DNA of 64,000 nucleotides from the NCBI GenBank assembly GCA_030141605.1, contig JAQGDQ010002369.1, positions 809,889 through 873,888 on the forward strand, written 5' to 3'. The translations under genes were made by a program, and so were the position numbers. The DNA is from Tubiluchus corallicola. Lineage: Eukaryota > Animalia > Priapulida. How positions within the stretch are numbered: the first letter of the stretch is position 1; each line of letters opens with the position of its first letter. This document shows positions 19,123 through 29,599 of this stretch, piece after piece. A model generated the notes under the pieces. The model searched no databases and was not told the origin of the DNA. It was given only the letters and a program-made list of their open reading frames with translations.

Positions 19123-20148
19123 TTAGAGCAGCCACCAGGTGGCCAGCGACAAGTAGAATAAAGTTGTTAATACGTCGGCGAGCATTAGGACCACAGGACC
19201 TGAGGCTACCTTTGGATCAAGACGGGTCAGATGAAGGATAATAGGGATGGTGATGCCAAACAGAGCTGTGACGGCAACAGAGAACATAATGGCGATCCCT
19301 ATCGTTAGAGAAGGCAAAAATCCATCGCCCCAAAAAAGGGAAACAGCTCCAACCATAAAGCCGCAGCTCACAGAAATAGCTCCCACTATCTGCCATTCTT
19401 TCAAAGTTCTTAAGAAGGAAAGACGCCAGGTAATTCGTGGTCTTCTTAAAAACTGCAAACTCTGAGTCATCGATTGCATGGAGACCGACTCACTGAGTGT
19501 GAGGACAAGTGGGATAAACATGGCTAGAAGAAGAAATTGCGCCAAGACATCCTCATACATACGTGAAATAAAGGCGCAAATGAATCCCCCGATCATATTG
19601 CAAAAAAGCCAGGGCATCCGGATTTTATAGTGGCGCATGATGGAGATGCGCTTCCCCTCTTCGATAGAAAAACCAATGAGCTGAAAGACATCTCTTCTAT
19701 GGTGAGCGTCCGCTACATCAAAAGATTCTTCGATATACATCTCAACATCAATCGTTCCGATTAGCCTTCCCTCGGTATCGATAACAGGGAGGGCCAAAAG
19801 CCTGTGGACTTCAAGCATTTCAAGAGCATCTTCCAATGTTTGATCAGCATTGATGGATGTGACATGCCTTACCATGATGTCATCGATCTTCGTGGTCGGA
19901 TTGCTGAGTAGGAGTTTACGCGTTGGAACGATTCCCTTCAGCACTCCCTTCTCATCAACGGCATAGAAATAGACAATTTTATGTTCGATCGACTTTTCGC
20001 GTAAAGAAGCCAGAGCTTCTTCAATCGTATGATGAGTCTGCAAAACTGTGTCCACTTCCTGCGCACACTTGCGGACGGACTGGGAAAGATCTTGTTTGCC
20101 TATTGAATGCATCTTCCTACTGATACCTGATTCCAAATAAGTTTCCAA
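19123..20148 (-). CDS. mgtE: MgtE-family magnesium transporter (CBS pair plus membrane domain; N-terminal domain absent)
   Basis: Tandem CBS motifs (YFYAVDEKGVLKGIV, ALPVID..GRLIG), RMPWL and DPKVASGP...AD. Confidence 0.85.
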   Translation of the reverse strand: METYLESGISRKMHSIGKQDLSQSVRKCAQEVDTVLQTHHTIEEALASLREKSIEHKIVYFYAVDEKGVLKGIVPTRKLLLSNPTTKIDDIMVRHVTSINADQTLEDALEMLEVHRLLALPVIDTEGRLIGTIDVEMYIEESFDVADAHHRRDVFQLIGFSIEEGKRISIMRHYKIRMPWLFCNMIGGFICAFISRMYEDVLAQFLLLAMFIPLVLTLSESVSMQSMTQSLQFLRRPRITWRLSFLRTLKEWQIVGAISVSCGFMVGAVSLFWGDGFLPSLTIGIAIMFSVAVTALFGITIPIILHLTRLDPKVASGPVVLMLADVLTTLFYLSLATWWLL

Positions 20149-20245
20149 TTTTTTTGGACAATAGGTGAGAAATGTTTTTTGTAAAAAAAAAATTTAAAAA
20201 CGCTTCTTGAGTGAAACCCTCCCCTAGAGATAAAATAGCTGCATT

Positions 20246-21018
20246 ATGAAACACAAAAGAAGCAATACATCCACTGCCTGGGAATCTGTCGGCCGCTGGT
20301 ACGACCATCTTGTCGGTGAGAAAGGACAGTACTACCATGAAAAAATCATTATGCCCAATATTCTGAGGCTTCTCGAGATGAAAAAGGGAAGTAAAATTTT
20401 AGATTTGGGCTGCGGTCAAGGGATACTCTCTCGATACCTGCCCGATTGGATCGACTATTCAGGAGTGGACCTTTCTAGAGCTTTGATCGAACGGGCCAAG
20501 CAATACAACAACCGGAAAAACTGTCGCTATTTTCATGGTGACGTAACAGAAAAACTCAATCTGAAAGCCGAAGAGTATTCCCATGCAGCTTTTGTGCTCT
20601 CTCTTCAAAACCTGGAAGATGGTAGACAAGCCATTCAGAATGATTTTTCCACACTTGAAACCAAAGGGCAAACTCATCCTGGTATTGAATCATCCCTGTT
20701 TTCGCATCCCACGCCAAAGTTTTTGGCAAGTAGATGATGAGAGCAAGATGCAATACAGAAGGATCAACCGATATCTTTCTTCTCAGAAGATTCCTATTCA
20801 AACCAATCCTTCGCAGGGAAAAAAAGTCAACGACTTACTCTTTTCATCATTCCCTTTCCTCTTATTGTGACTGGCTTTTCAAAAGTGGTTTTTCCATTCT
20901 TAAAATGGAAGAATGGTCTTCGGATAAAAAAAGCACAGGAAAAAAAGCGCATATGGAAAATCGCGCCCGCACTGAGTTCCCTCTCTTTCTGGCGATCTTG
21001 GCCGAGAAACATTCTTAA
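20246..21018 (+). CDS. Class I SAM-dependent methyltransferase, split over three frames (breaks near 20640 and 20820)
   Basis: ILDLGCGQG and GVDLS; second frame LKPKGKLILVLNHPCFRIP; third frame SFHHSLS...RARTEFPLFL. Confidence 0.8.
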
Positions 21019-21075
21019 TAAAATTCAAAGGAACAAATCTTTTCGAATATACCATCAATGACATAAGATGTGGGC

Positions 21076-22902
21076 ATGTGTGGAATATTTGGATACGTTG
21101 GCAAAAAGGACTCTCTTAAAGTTTGTCTTTCTGGATTGAAACTCTTGGAATATCGGGGATATGATTCTGCGGGCATTGCTGGTCTTTCAAAAAAGGGACT
21201 TTTTTTTTGTAAAAATTCCGGAAAAATTCTCGAGCTCGAAAAGAAAATAAATAAGTCTCCCGTCCGTCTCGATTTAGCAATCGGCCACACAAGATGGGCC
21301 ACTCACGGGAAACCTTCCGAGGTCAATGCACATCCTCATTATGATCATAAAGAAAGCCTTGCCATTGTTCACAATGGGATCATTGAAAATTATGATTCCC
21401 TTCGAGAGATGCTAAAGGGAAAGGGAATTCCATTTCATTCGGAAACAGATACAGAAGTCATCGCGCAGCTTATTTCCTACAATTACAAAAACAATCTTCT
21501 CAAAGCCGTCCAAAAATCACTTAAACTTCTGAAGGGATCCTTTGCCATTGCATTGATCCATAAAGATCACCCAGAAAAGATCATTGCAGCTACTAGAGAA
21601 AGTTCTCTTTCTATTGGCTATGACAAACAGCAAACTCTTCTCTCTTCCGACCCAAATGCTTTTTCCGGTCATTGCCTGAATGTCCTCTTTTTGAAAAATG
21701 ATGAAGTAGCTCTTGTCGAGAATGGATCCATTCAAGTATTTGACAAGCAATCCCATCCTGTTAAAAAGAAGTTCGAAAAGCTCGATGCCAAATATGTATC
21801 CCCCTCTAAAAAGGGATTCGAACATTACATGCTCAAGGAAATTTATGAACAGCCCCTGACTTTGCAAAAGGCTGTTTTGGGAAGATTTTCAGAAGATTTT
21901 GGAACAGCAGAATTTGAGGACTTCAATTTCAGCTCGAAGGAGCTTCTTTCTACAAGACATATTCTCATCGTTGCTTGTGGAACTTCCTGGCATGCCGGGT
22001 GTATCGCAGCTTCCATGCTTGAAGATAAAGCCCGTATTCCTACACAGGCAGAAATAGCCTCTGAACTGCGCTATAAAAACCCGATCATTTCCAATGAGAC
22101 TCTCGTCATCGCAATTTCCCAATCAGGCGAAACCGCAGATACGATCGCTGCTGTACGCGAAGCAAAAGCAAAAGGAGCTAAAGTCCTTGGCATTTGCAAT
22201 GTAAAAAATTCCAGTCTTACTCGAGAGTCTGACAGCTGTATTTTCTTAAAAGCCGGTCCCGAGATCAGTGTTTGTTCGACAAAGGTCTTCACTTCTCAAA
22301 TCAGCGTTCTCCTTCTATTTACTCTGTTGATGGCCCGCCTAAGACATATGAACAAAGAAGAAGGTCAGCTTTTTCTACGCGAGTTGAAAAAGATTCCTCA
22401 AAAAATTCGATCCGTTCTCGATCATGTAGATCAGATCAAAAAACTTGCTGTAAAGTATGCGCAATACAATGACTTCTTTTTTCTAGGAAGAAGATACATG
22501 TATCCCACTTGCCTTGAAGCTGCGTTGAAACTGAAAGAAATTTCCTATCTGAATGCCAATGGATATCCTGCCGGAGAGTTAAAGCATGGGCCCATTGCTC
22601 TTATCCATCCCAGACTTCCTGTGATTGCCTTTTGTTCCAATCATCAAACCTATGACAAAATGATCTGCAATCTGATGGAAGTCAAGGCAAGAGGAGCACC
22701 TATCCTTGCCCTTGCTCCAATGGGTGCAGACGAGTTAAAGAGCATTGCAGATGATATTCTCTGGCTTCCTGACACCATTGACGAGCTGGCCACATTCCCC
22801 TCTTCGATCGCTGGGCAATTGCTTGCTTATTATATTGCCAAACAAAGGGGCACTGAGATCGATCAGCCACGTAACCTTGCCAAGTCGGTAACAGTAGAAT
22901 GA
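21076..22902 (+). CDS. glmS: Glutamine-fructose-6-phosphate transaminase
   Basis: MCGIFG, LEYRGYDSAG, GHTRWATHG, SQSGETADT, ELKHGP and PRNLAKSVTVE. Confidence 0.98.
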   Translation: MCGIFGYVGKKDSLKVCLSGLKLLEYRGYDSAGIAGLSKKGLFFCKNSGKILELEKKINKSPVRLDLAIGHTRWATHGKPSEVNAHPHYDHKESLAIVHNGIIENYDSLREMLKGKGIPFHSETDTEVIAQLISYNYKNNLLKAVQKSLKLLKGSFAIALIHKDHPEKIIAATRESSLSIGYDKQQTLLSSDPNAFSGHCLNVLFLKNDEVALVENGSIQVFDKQSHPVKKKFEKLDAKYVSPSKKGFEHYMLKEIYEQPLTLQKAVLGRFSEDFGTAEFEDFNFSSKELLSTRHILIVACGTSWHAGCIAASMLEDKARIPTQAEIASELRYKNPIISNETLVIAISQSGETADTIAAVREAKAKGAKVLGICNVKNSSLTRESDSCIFLKAGPEISVCSTKVFTSQISVLLLFTLLMARLRHMNKEEGQLFLRELKKIPQKIRSVLDHVDQIKKLAVKYAQYNDFFFLGRRYMYPTCLEAALKLKEISYLNANGYPAGELKHGPIALIHPRLPVIAFCSNHQTYDKMICNLMEVKARGAPILALAPMGADELKSIADDILWLPDTIDELATFPSSIAGQLLAYYIAKQRGTEIDQPRNLAKSVTVE

Positions 22903-24260
22903 TCGACCCTATATTCTTTGCGTGCCTGCTATTTGTATTAATTGCTATTGGTTCAAGAAAAGCCAGGAAGATCCAGAAAGAAGAGACCTATCTTTTTGCC
23001 GACCGTTCAACCTCATTTCTGAGCCTTTCTTCAACCCTCGTTATGACTGAGCTCAATCCTTCCACTTTGATATCCTTTGCATCCTTGGGATATCTTGCTG
23101 GGTTGAGAGCCTTGCTACTCCCGCTTGTTTTTTTGATTGGTCTTCTTTTTTACGGAATCACTGTCGCAAAAAAATACAAACAGACCGATGCAACCTCTGT
23201 GTGTTTTCTTTTCCGTCAAAAATATGGGAAAAATTTCAGTAGAATCTCCTGCTTCTTCCTTCTGCTTGCCATGATCGGATTCAGTGCAACTTATGTGAAA
23301 TCTCTCTCATTGATTTTTTCTCCTATTGTCCCCCAGGTATCTCCCTGGATCATTTCGGCTCTCGTAGTGGGCATGACTCTCTGGATGACATTGCGAGGCG
23401 GGCTGGTCTCCATCATCAAGACTGACTTATGCAGCTTCCTGTTGACTCTCATTTTGATTCCGGCATTGTTCTTTTTTACCTCTTCTTCTTCATCCCATGT
23501 CAAACCCGAGCACTTTGCAAATGCAGAACAAATATTGAATGTGCCCTTCGTTCTCTCTTTGATCTTTCTAACCATGTTCACCTACATATTGGCCCCTTGG
23601 TATGGCCAGAAAATCTTTTCTGCCAAATCGGAAAAAGTCGCCTTTACTTCTGTGCTCTTTTCAGCCTTCTGTGTCTTTCTCCTTTATAGCCTCATTGTTG
23701 TAGCAGCCGCTTTTTTAAAGACGACTCTCTCTCTAGCCCACCCCGAAGAAGCCCTTCCTGCTCTGATTCAACGATTACCTGTTGGATGGAAAGGGGCTTT
23801 ATATGCTTTTCTTTTTCTTGCCGGAGCAACAACTCTCTCTGGGGTATGGAATGCCATGACCTCTCTATTCATCGCTGAATTTTGCCAAAGAAGCGAAGAG
23901 CAGGATTTTCATCGAAGCTACTGGACGACTCTCACTTTCTCAATGACCTCCTTTCTTCTCGCCCATCTTTTTGTCGACTCGGTTTTTGACAAACTCATCC
24001 TTGCAAATATCCCCGTACTCGCCCTCTCTTTTTCTCTTCTAGCTGGATTTTACTGGAAAGGATCTCGACTAACGGGCGCCTATCTCAGTACATTGATCGG
24101 TTTTTTCTGGGGAGTGTTCTGTTACGGCTATTGGGGAGACGATCGGGTTTACATCTGGTATTGGGTGATGGGAGGAATTCCCCTTATCTTTATTTCTGGA
24201 ATATTAGGATCTCTTTGGGAAACAGGAAGAATAACTTTGGTAAATGCCAATGAAAGCTGA
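22899..24260 (+). CDS. Sodium:solute symporter (SSS) family protein
   Basis: About 13 TM helices; YLFADR, GGLVSIIKTD and QKIFSAKS are SSS-like motifs; start overlaps the glmS stop. Confidence 0.8.
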   Translation: MIDPIFFACLLFVLIAIGSRKARKIQKEETYLFADRSTSFLSLSSTLVMTELNPSTLISFASLGYLAGLRALLLPLVFLIGLLFYGITVAKKYKQTDATSVCFLFRQKYGKNFSRISCFFLLLAMIGFSATYVKSLSLIFSPIVPQVSPWIISALVVGMTLWMTLRGGLVSIIKTDLCSFLLTLILIPALFFFTSSSSSHVKPEHFANAEQILNVPFVLSLIFLTMFTYILAPWYGQKIFSAKSEKVAFTSVLFSAFCVFLLYSLIVVAAAFLKTTLSLAHPEEALPALIQRLPVGWKGALYAFLFLAGATTLSGVWNAMTSLFIAEFCQRSEEQDFHRSYWTTLTFSMTSFLLAHLFVDSVFDKLILANIPVLALSFSLLAGFYWKGSRLTGAYLSTLIGFFWGVFCYGYWGDDRVYIWYWVMGGIPLIFISGILGSLWETGRITLVNANES

Positions 24261-24797
24261 ACAACAAAAAGAACTGCTGAAAAAACGGAAGAGTGGATCT
24301 ATCGGGGAAAGGTTGTTCAATTAAAAAAAGAGACCTTTAAATTCGATCATAAGATCAAAACAACAGAAATCGTCCAACATCCCGGCGCCGTAGTTATGAT
24401 CCCTGTTGCTCCAGATGGAAAACTCTTGCTTGTACAGCAATACCGGAGAGCTATCGGTGAGATCATTCTCGAGTTGCCTGCCGGAACAATCGAACACAAT
24501 GAAGATCCCCTTTTGTGCGCTCAAAGAGAGCTTCAGGAAGAAATCGGCTTCAGATCAGAGAAAATGACTCCATTGAATGGTTTTTACAGCGCTCCGGGAT
24601 TTTGCAGTGAATACCTTCACCTTTTTCTTGCAGAAGATTTATTTCCCAGTGTGTTAGAAAGTGAAGATGAAGACGAAATGATTGATTTGATCCCGCTTTC
24701 TATTAAGGAGTGTCTGGATAAAATCGAAAAGGGTGAAATCTGTGACGCAAAAACTGTCAGCGGCATTTTAATCTATGAAAGGACGATGAAAAAATGA
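24244..24797 (+). CDS. NUDIX hydrolase (ADP-ribose pyrophosphatase-like); frame break in the A6 run at 24280-24285
   Basis: Nudix box ELPAGTIE...AQRELQEEIG, FYSAPGF and DAKT. Upstream in-frame IYRGKVV...EIVQHPGAV joins ATG 24244/24250 if one A is restored. Confidence 0.88.
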
Positions 24798-26290
24798 AAG
24801 CATTCTGGATCTCTCTGATCTCTGTAATTTGCATAGTTATCCTCTTTTTTTTATTTCTACCTCAACTCGCTTCGACTTCATGGGGTAAGAATATCTTTGT
24901 CAAACTTGCCTTCGGTGATTACTCAACAAAGGCTTCCGTTGGAACTCTCAACCTTTCCTGGTTCGGTCCACAGGAAATGGGAAACCTGGAAGTCAAAGGA
25001 AGAGAAGCAGAGGTCGAACTGGAATACCTTCATGCTGACATTTCTTTATTTGCTCTCTTTACTCTAGGCGATCTCGATCCGGAAATTTTTGAAAAGGTCA
25101 ATGGCAAAGTAGAGATTGAAAATGGGACAGTGAACTTCCCTTTTCAAAACACAAAGTTTCATAACATTCATGGTGAATTAGATCATTCAGATAACGATGC
25201 TCCTCTTGCTTTTTCCATGAGGGGGCAATCTACCGAGAGAGGAAACCAGGGCACCTTCGAAGTCAAAGGACATGTTGATCATCTGGGAAAAGAATGGAAT
25301 GAGTTCGTTTGTAAGGGCAATCTTGAGCTAAATAACATTCCTACAGCAGGCATTGACAGTCTTGTCTCCTTTCACTTTCCAAAACTGGACCATGTTCTCA
25401 TTCAAATCCTAGGTCCACTCATGACCCTGCACTCCAATGTATCGATCGACCAGGGAACGGGAAGGATCGATGGAGACCTCCGTTCAACCCGTCTGAAAAC
25501 CTATTTGGATGCCACATTCTCCCACGGAATAATCACTTTAAACCGGAACCTCATCGCAACCATCCAACTTACTCCGGCTCTTAGCAATTATTTACTCCGC
25601 GACTTTAATCCTCTCTTCATAACAGGGATCGAAGCAGAAAACCCCATTCAGCTTGAAGTTTACAGCAGAGGTTTTTCTCTTCCCGTCCATCCCTTCGATA
25701 TCAGCAAAGCAAAGATGAAGGCCAACCTGGACATGGGGAAAATCAAATGCCAGAATGGAGGAACTCTCTCACTTCTAATCAGTCTGATGAAGTACCACAC
25801 TCTCTTCGGTGTAAATGAGATGAACGTATGGTTCACTCCTGTCAATATCGAGCTGCAAGAAGGGTATGCAATCACAGACAGAATGGATGCTCTCGTTGCC
25901 GATACCATACATGTTTGTACCTGGGGAAAAGTCAACCTCAAGAATGACAAGATCGATATGATTCTGGGCTTTACCAGACAGGCTCTAGAGCAGGCTTTTC
26001 ATATCAGCAACCTTCCCCGAGATTATGTGATGCAAATTCCCCTCAGAGGAACAACAAAAGATCCCAAGATCGATATGGGGAAAGCTGCTGCAAAAATAGC
26101 CGCCCTTATCGCAATCAACGCGACAGATAAGACAAAAGGATTCCTTGGCGGACTCCTCGGCAAAACCATCGCGCCTGAACCACCCGCTCCTCCTCCCAAA
26201 CTTCCCTTTCCCTGGGAAGGCAAAGTCCAGCCTGTGCCGAAAGACAGGCCTGAGGCTCAAGACTTCTTTGATCTCTTTAAAAAGAAATAA
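24794..26290 (+). CDS. AsmA-like membrane-anchored beta-rich protein
   Basis: N-terminal TM followed by LNLSWFGPQ, alternating beta-strand pattern and C-terminal IPLRGT..DPKID. Confidence 0.65.
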   Translation: MKAFWISLISVICIVILFFLFLPQLASTSWGKNIFVKLAFGDYSTKASVGTLNLSWFGPQEMGNLEVKGREAEVELEYLHADISLFALFTLGDLDPEIFEKVNGKVEIENGTVNFPFQNTKFHNIHGELDHSDNDAPLAFSMRGQSTERGNQGTFEVKGHVDHLGKEWNEFVCKGNLELNNIPTAGIDSLVSFHFPKLDHVLIQILGPLMTLHSNVSIDQGTGRIDGDLRSTRLKTYLDATFSHGIITLNRNLIATIQLTPALSNYLLRDFNPLFITGIEAENPIQLEVYSRGFSLPVHPFDISKAKMKANLDMGKIKCQNGGTLSLLISLMKYHTLFGVNEMNVWFTPVNIELQEGYAITDRMDALVADTIHVCTWGKVNLKNDKIDMILGFTRQALEQAFHISNLPRDYVMQIPLRGTTKDPKIDMGKAAAKIAALIAINATDKTKGFLGGLLGKTIAPEPPAPPPKLPFPWEGKVQPVPKDRPEAQDFFDLFKKK

Positions 26291-26382
26291 AATTATTTCT
26301 TTACATATTAATTATATTAAACATTAATTTTAATTAAAAAAAACCATACCATATTAAACTTTGTTTAATAAAAGGGAAGAAG

Positions 26383-26673
26383 ATGACTACAGCAATTGAA
26401 CCAGATGATTCCTGTCCGATCAGCCTCGATGAGTTTGATCAGCATGATTCTGTTATTTTTCATGAGAAACGACACCCCACCCATACTGATTGCCTAAGAA
26501 AATGGGTTATGCTCCATCCTACCTGCCCAGTCTGCAGGTTAGAATTGAATACTGATGGTATCTTGGCGACTAGAGAAAAAATCCAAAAGCTTTTGATTGA
26601 TTGGATTTATAGAGCCGCCGATTTCATTTTTACCCCAAATATAGACGGGGACCCAGACCTGGAATACGTATAA
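26383..26673 (+). CDS. Eukaryote-like RING-finger protein 1 (candidate E3 ligase effector)
   Basis: CPISLDEF-x8-H-x3-H-x2-H-x2-C-x3-W-x6-CPVCR; ligand 2 is Ser. Confidence 0.85.
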   Translation: MTTAIEPDDSCPISLDEFDQHDSVIFHEKRHPTHTDCLRKWVMLHPTCPVCRLELNTDGILATREKIQKLLIDWIYRAADFIFTPNIDGDPDLEYV

Positions 26674-26690
26674 AAAAGGAGATATATAGA

Positions 26691-27005
26691 ATGTCGATAA
26701 TACCTATTCAGAAAGGAGACACCTGCCCTATTTGTCTTGAGAAATTTCAAGTGAATCAACGTCTAGCCTATCATGATGTAAAACATCCTTTTCATTTTGA
26801 TTGTATAAAAGATTGGGCTTGGAATAACAAAGACTGTCCCGTTTGTAGAAGAGAGATAAAGCAGGATCAGTTGTTCACTCCTATTGAGAAAGCCCAAAAG
26901 GCTATTTTGGTAAAAGCACAGCAAATTGCAACTTTTCTTGTTCAAGCAAGTCGGGAAGAGAGACAACCTACTGCTCTTGAATTCATTCTCGATAATAGTA
27001 TGTAA
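26691..27005 (+). CDS. Eukaryote-like RING-finger protein 2 (candidate E3 ligase effector)
   Basis: CPICLEKF...HDVKHPFHFDCIKDW...CPVCR; RBS AGGAG; paralog of the upstream gene. Confidence 0.9.
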   Translation: MSIIPIQKGDTCPICLEKFQVNQRLAYHDVKHPFHFDCIKDWAWNNKDCPVCRREIKQDQLFTPIEKAQKAILVKAQQIATFLVQASREERQPTALEFILDNSM

Positions 27006-27021
27006 AGACACTCGATCTCAA

Positions 27022-28080
27022 CTACGCGACATGAATCTCTTTGCAGAGATAGACATCCTGGATGGTATTGAGGAGCTTTACACCCTCTTTCAAAGGCTTT
27101 TGGAACGCTTTGCGGCCTGAGATCAGCCCCATTCCGCCACCACGCTTATTGATAACCGCTGTTTTGGCGGCGACTGCAAGATCATCTTTTCCGGAAGCTC
27201 CGCCTGAATTGATCAGGCCAATGCGACCCATGTAGTTGTTGGCCACTTGGTAACGGAGAAGATCGATCGGATGATCGGAGCAAAGATCGGTGTACATGAG
27301 ATCCGAGTACTTACCGAATTTGACTGCCTTGTATCCCCCGTTATTCGTGGGGAGTTTTTGTTTGATGATGTCTGCCTGGATCGTAACTCCGAGATGATTG
27401 GCCTGTCCGGTGAGGTCTGCTGCATTATGATAGTCTTTCTCTTTCGTTTTGAATGCCGGATTTCTCAGGTAGCACCATAGGATGGTCATCATGCCAAGGT
27501 CATGGGCTATCTCAAACGCTTGGCTCACTTCGACGAGTTGTCTTCTGCTGTCTTCAGAGCCGAAATAAATCGTAGCTCCGACACCAATGCATCCCATTTC
27601 AAAAGCCTGCTGCATCGAGGCAAACATGATCTGATCATAAGTATTGGGATAGGAAAGCATTTCATTGTGATTGAACTTGAGAATGAAAGGAATCTTATGC
27701 GCGTACTTTCTTGCAACACTACCTAATACACCTAAAGTTGAAGCAACTCCGTTGCATCCACCTTCGATGGCCAGCTTCACGATATTTTCAGGGTCGAAAT
27801 AATCGGGGTTGGGAGCAAAGGAGGCACCAGCACTATGTTCGATTCCCTGGTCGACAGGCAAAATGGAAAGATAGCCGGAATTTTTCAGTCTTCCATGGCC
27901 GTAAAGAGCTTGAATACTGCTAAGGACTCTTGTTGGACGGTCTGTCTGCATAAATATCCGGTCGACAAAGTCAGGTCCGGGAATATGAATTTTTTCTTTC
28001 GCAATGGTCTTACATTTATGCGTAAGCAATGACTGGGCATCCTTACCCAAAAGAGATTCAATAGCAGCAAGAGAAGACAT
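27022..28080 (-). CDS. fbaB: Class I fructose-bisphosphate aldolase (DhnA/FbaB)
   Basis: [30 protein letters not shown] and [10 protein letters not shown]. Confidence 0.97.
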   Translation of the reverse strand: MSSLAAIESLLGKDAQSLLTHKCKTIAKEKIHIPGPDFVDRIFMQTDRPTRVLSSIQALYGHGRLKNSGYLSILPVDQGIEHSAGASFAPNPDYFDPENIVKLAIEGGCNGVASTLGVLGSVARKYAHKIPFILKFNHNEMLSYPNTYDQIMFASMQQAFEMGCIGVGATIYFGSEDSRRQLVEVSQAFEIAHDLGMMTILWCYLRNPAFKTKEKDYHNAADLTGQANHLGVTIQADIIKQKLPTNNGGYKAVKFGKYSDLMYTDLCSDHPIDLLRYQVANNYMGRIGLINSGGASGKDDLAVAAKTAVINKRGGGMGLISGRKAFQKPLKEGVKLLNTIQDVYLCKEIHVA

Positions 28081-28133
28081 AGACGCTCCGATTTATTTAG
28101 AGTGTGTTGTCCTAGAGAATAGAGATTTTTGAT

Positions 28134-29510
28134 TTAAATGCAAACGAGCTTGGAACGAGGCTTAGAAACAACTTTACCAACCAGGTCGTAATCGGCAGCA
28201 TCAGTGATTTCGACTTCATAAAATTCGCCAAAGGTGTCGACTCCTGTTGGATCATTGATGATGATTTGTCCGTCGATATCGGGACATTGATGCTGACTTC
28301 GAGCTATGATTAACAGTTCTGACTCAGGATGATATCCTTCCACAAGAGCTTTAAATCGTTTTCCAATCAGCGCCTGGTTCTTCTTTTTCACAACCTCTTG
28401 TTGTTCCTTCATCAGAAGTTCGAGTCTTTGCAACTTTACTTCCTCAGAAATTTGATCGGGTAGATTGTAAGCATAGGCTTCTTTCTCACGGGAAAAGGAG
28501 AAAACACCAACGTGGTCTAACTGGTATTCTTCGACAAAGGCAACCAGCTCCTGGAACTGCTCCTCCGTCTCTCCAGGGAATCCCACCATCAGACTGGTAC
28601 GTATGGTGATCTCGGGAATCGCAGAACGCAGCTTTTCAATGATCTCCATGATCTGGGTCCGGCTTGTCTTTCTGTGCATCGCTTTCAACATCGTATCGTT
28701 GATGTGCTGGATCGGCATATCGAGATAGGGACAGATGCGGGGATCTGACTTTAGTACTGCAATTAGATCATCATCGATTTCATCAGGATAAAGATACAAC
28801 AGACGTATCCAGTAGTCTCCTGGCACTTCCAACATCTTGCAAAGCAAGTCTGAAAGAGCTCTTTTTTCTTTTCGATCCTTCCCATAATCCCCCAAATCCT
28901 GGGCAATCATGATCACTTCTTTAACGCCTTGAGAAAGAAGAGACCGGAATTCTTTTAATACCTGTTCATCTGCCTTGCTCTTCAACGGCCCCTTGATCGT
29001 AGGGATGATGCAGAAACTGCACCGCTTTTTACAGCCTTCAGCGATTTTCAAATATGCATAATTTTGAGTAGCGACGGTTCGGGGAACTTCGCCCCATTCA
29101 AGATAACTCTTTGCAGAGCTGACATTTTCTCCCTGCCCCTCAGACTGAACCGCATTCAAGATCCCTTCCACATCGCCGGATCCCAGAAAATAATGAATAT
29201 TCGGAAATCTTTCTTTGAGAAGTTCCTTATGCTTTTGGACCATGCATCCAGCAATAATAACCTTTGCATCATCTCTTCCATCCTCGAACAACTCTTCAAT
29301 CGTATCCAGGGCCTCTTGTCGGGAAGCTTCCAAAAAACCGCAAGTATTGACGACAAAGTAATCGGCTTCCTCTACATCCTCAACGCATTCGTATCCGTTC
29401 TTGAGCAGAAGGCCGATCATCACTTCGCTATCGACCCAGTTCCTGGCACAGCCCAGGCTGGTAAAATGAAATTTATTCTTAAATGAAATATCACGGTTCA
29501 ACATGGCCAT
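28134..29510 (-). CDS. rimO: Ribosomal protein S12 methylthiotransferase
   Basis: SLGCARN.VDSE, VNTCGF, radical-SAM CxxxCxxC (GCKKRCSFC), LYLYP and TRAM domain (PDIDG). Confidence 0.95.
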   Translation of the reverse strand: MAMLNRDISFKNKFHFTSLGCARNWVDSEVMIGLLLKNGYECVEDVEEADYFVVNTCGFLEASRQEALDTIEELFEDGRDDAKVIIAGCMVQKHKELLKERFPNIHYFLGSGDVEGILNAVQSEGQGENVSSAKSYLEWGEVPRTVATQNYAYLKIAEGCKKRCSFCIIPTIKGPLKSKADEQVLKEFRSLLSQGVKEVIMIAQDLGDYGKDRKEKRALSDLLCKMLEVPGDYWIRLLYLYPDEIDDDLIAVLKSDPRICPYLDMPIQHINDTMLKAMHRKTSRTQIMEIIEKLRSAIPEITIRTSLMVGFPGETEEQFQELVAFVEEYQLDHVGVFSFSREKEAYAYNLPDQISEEVKLQRLELLMKEQQEVVKKKNQALIGKRFKALVEGYHPESELLIIARSQHQCPDIDGQIIINDPTGVDTFGEFYEVEITDAADYDLVGKVVSKPRSKLVCI

Positions 29511-29599
29511 CTATTATGGTTCAACACCCTATAAATTTCCACCTTTCCCTTTATCATCACAGAGTTGTAATATGGCTCTCTTCACTTAAGGAGCAGATC

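Noticed and set aside
21018-21076. glmS ribozyme upstream of glmS
   Set aside because: Only about 57 nt of AT-rich spacer, too short and without the needed paired structure.
20246-24797. Programmed ribosomal frameshifting in the methyltransferase and NUDIX genes
   Set aside because: These families are not known to be recoded, no stimulatory structure is apparent, and similar indels occur across unrelated genes.
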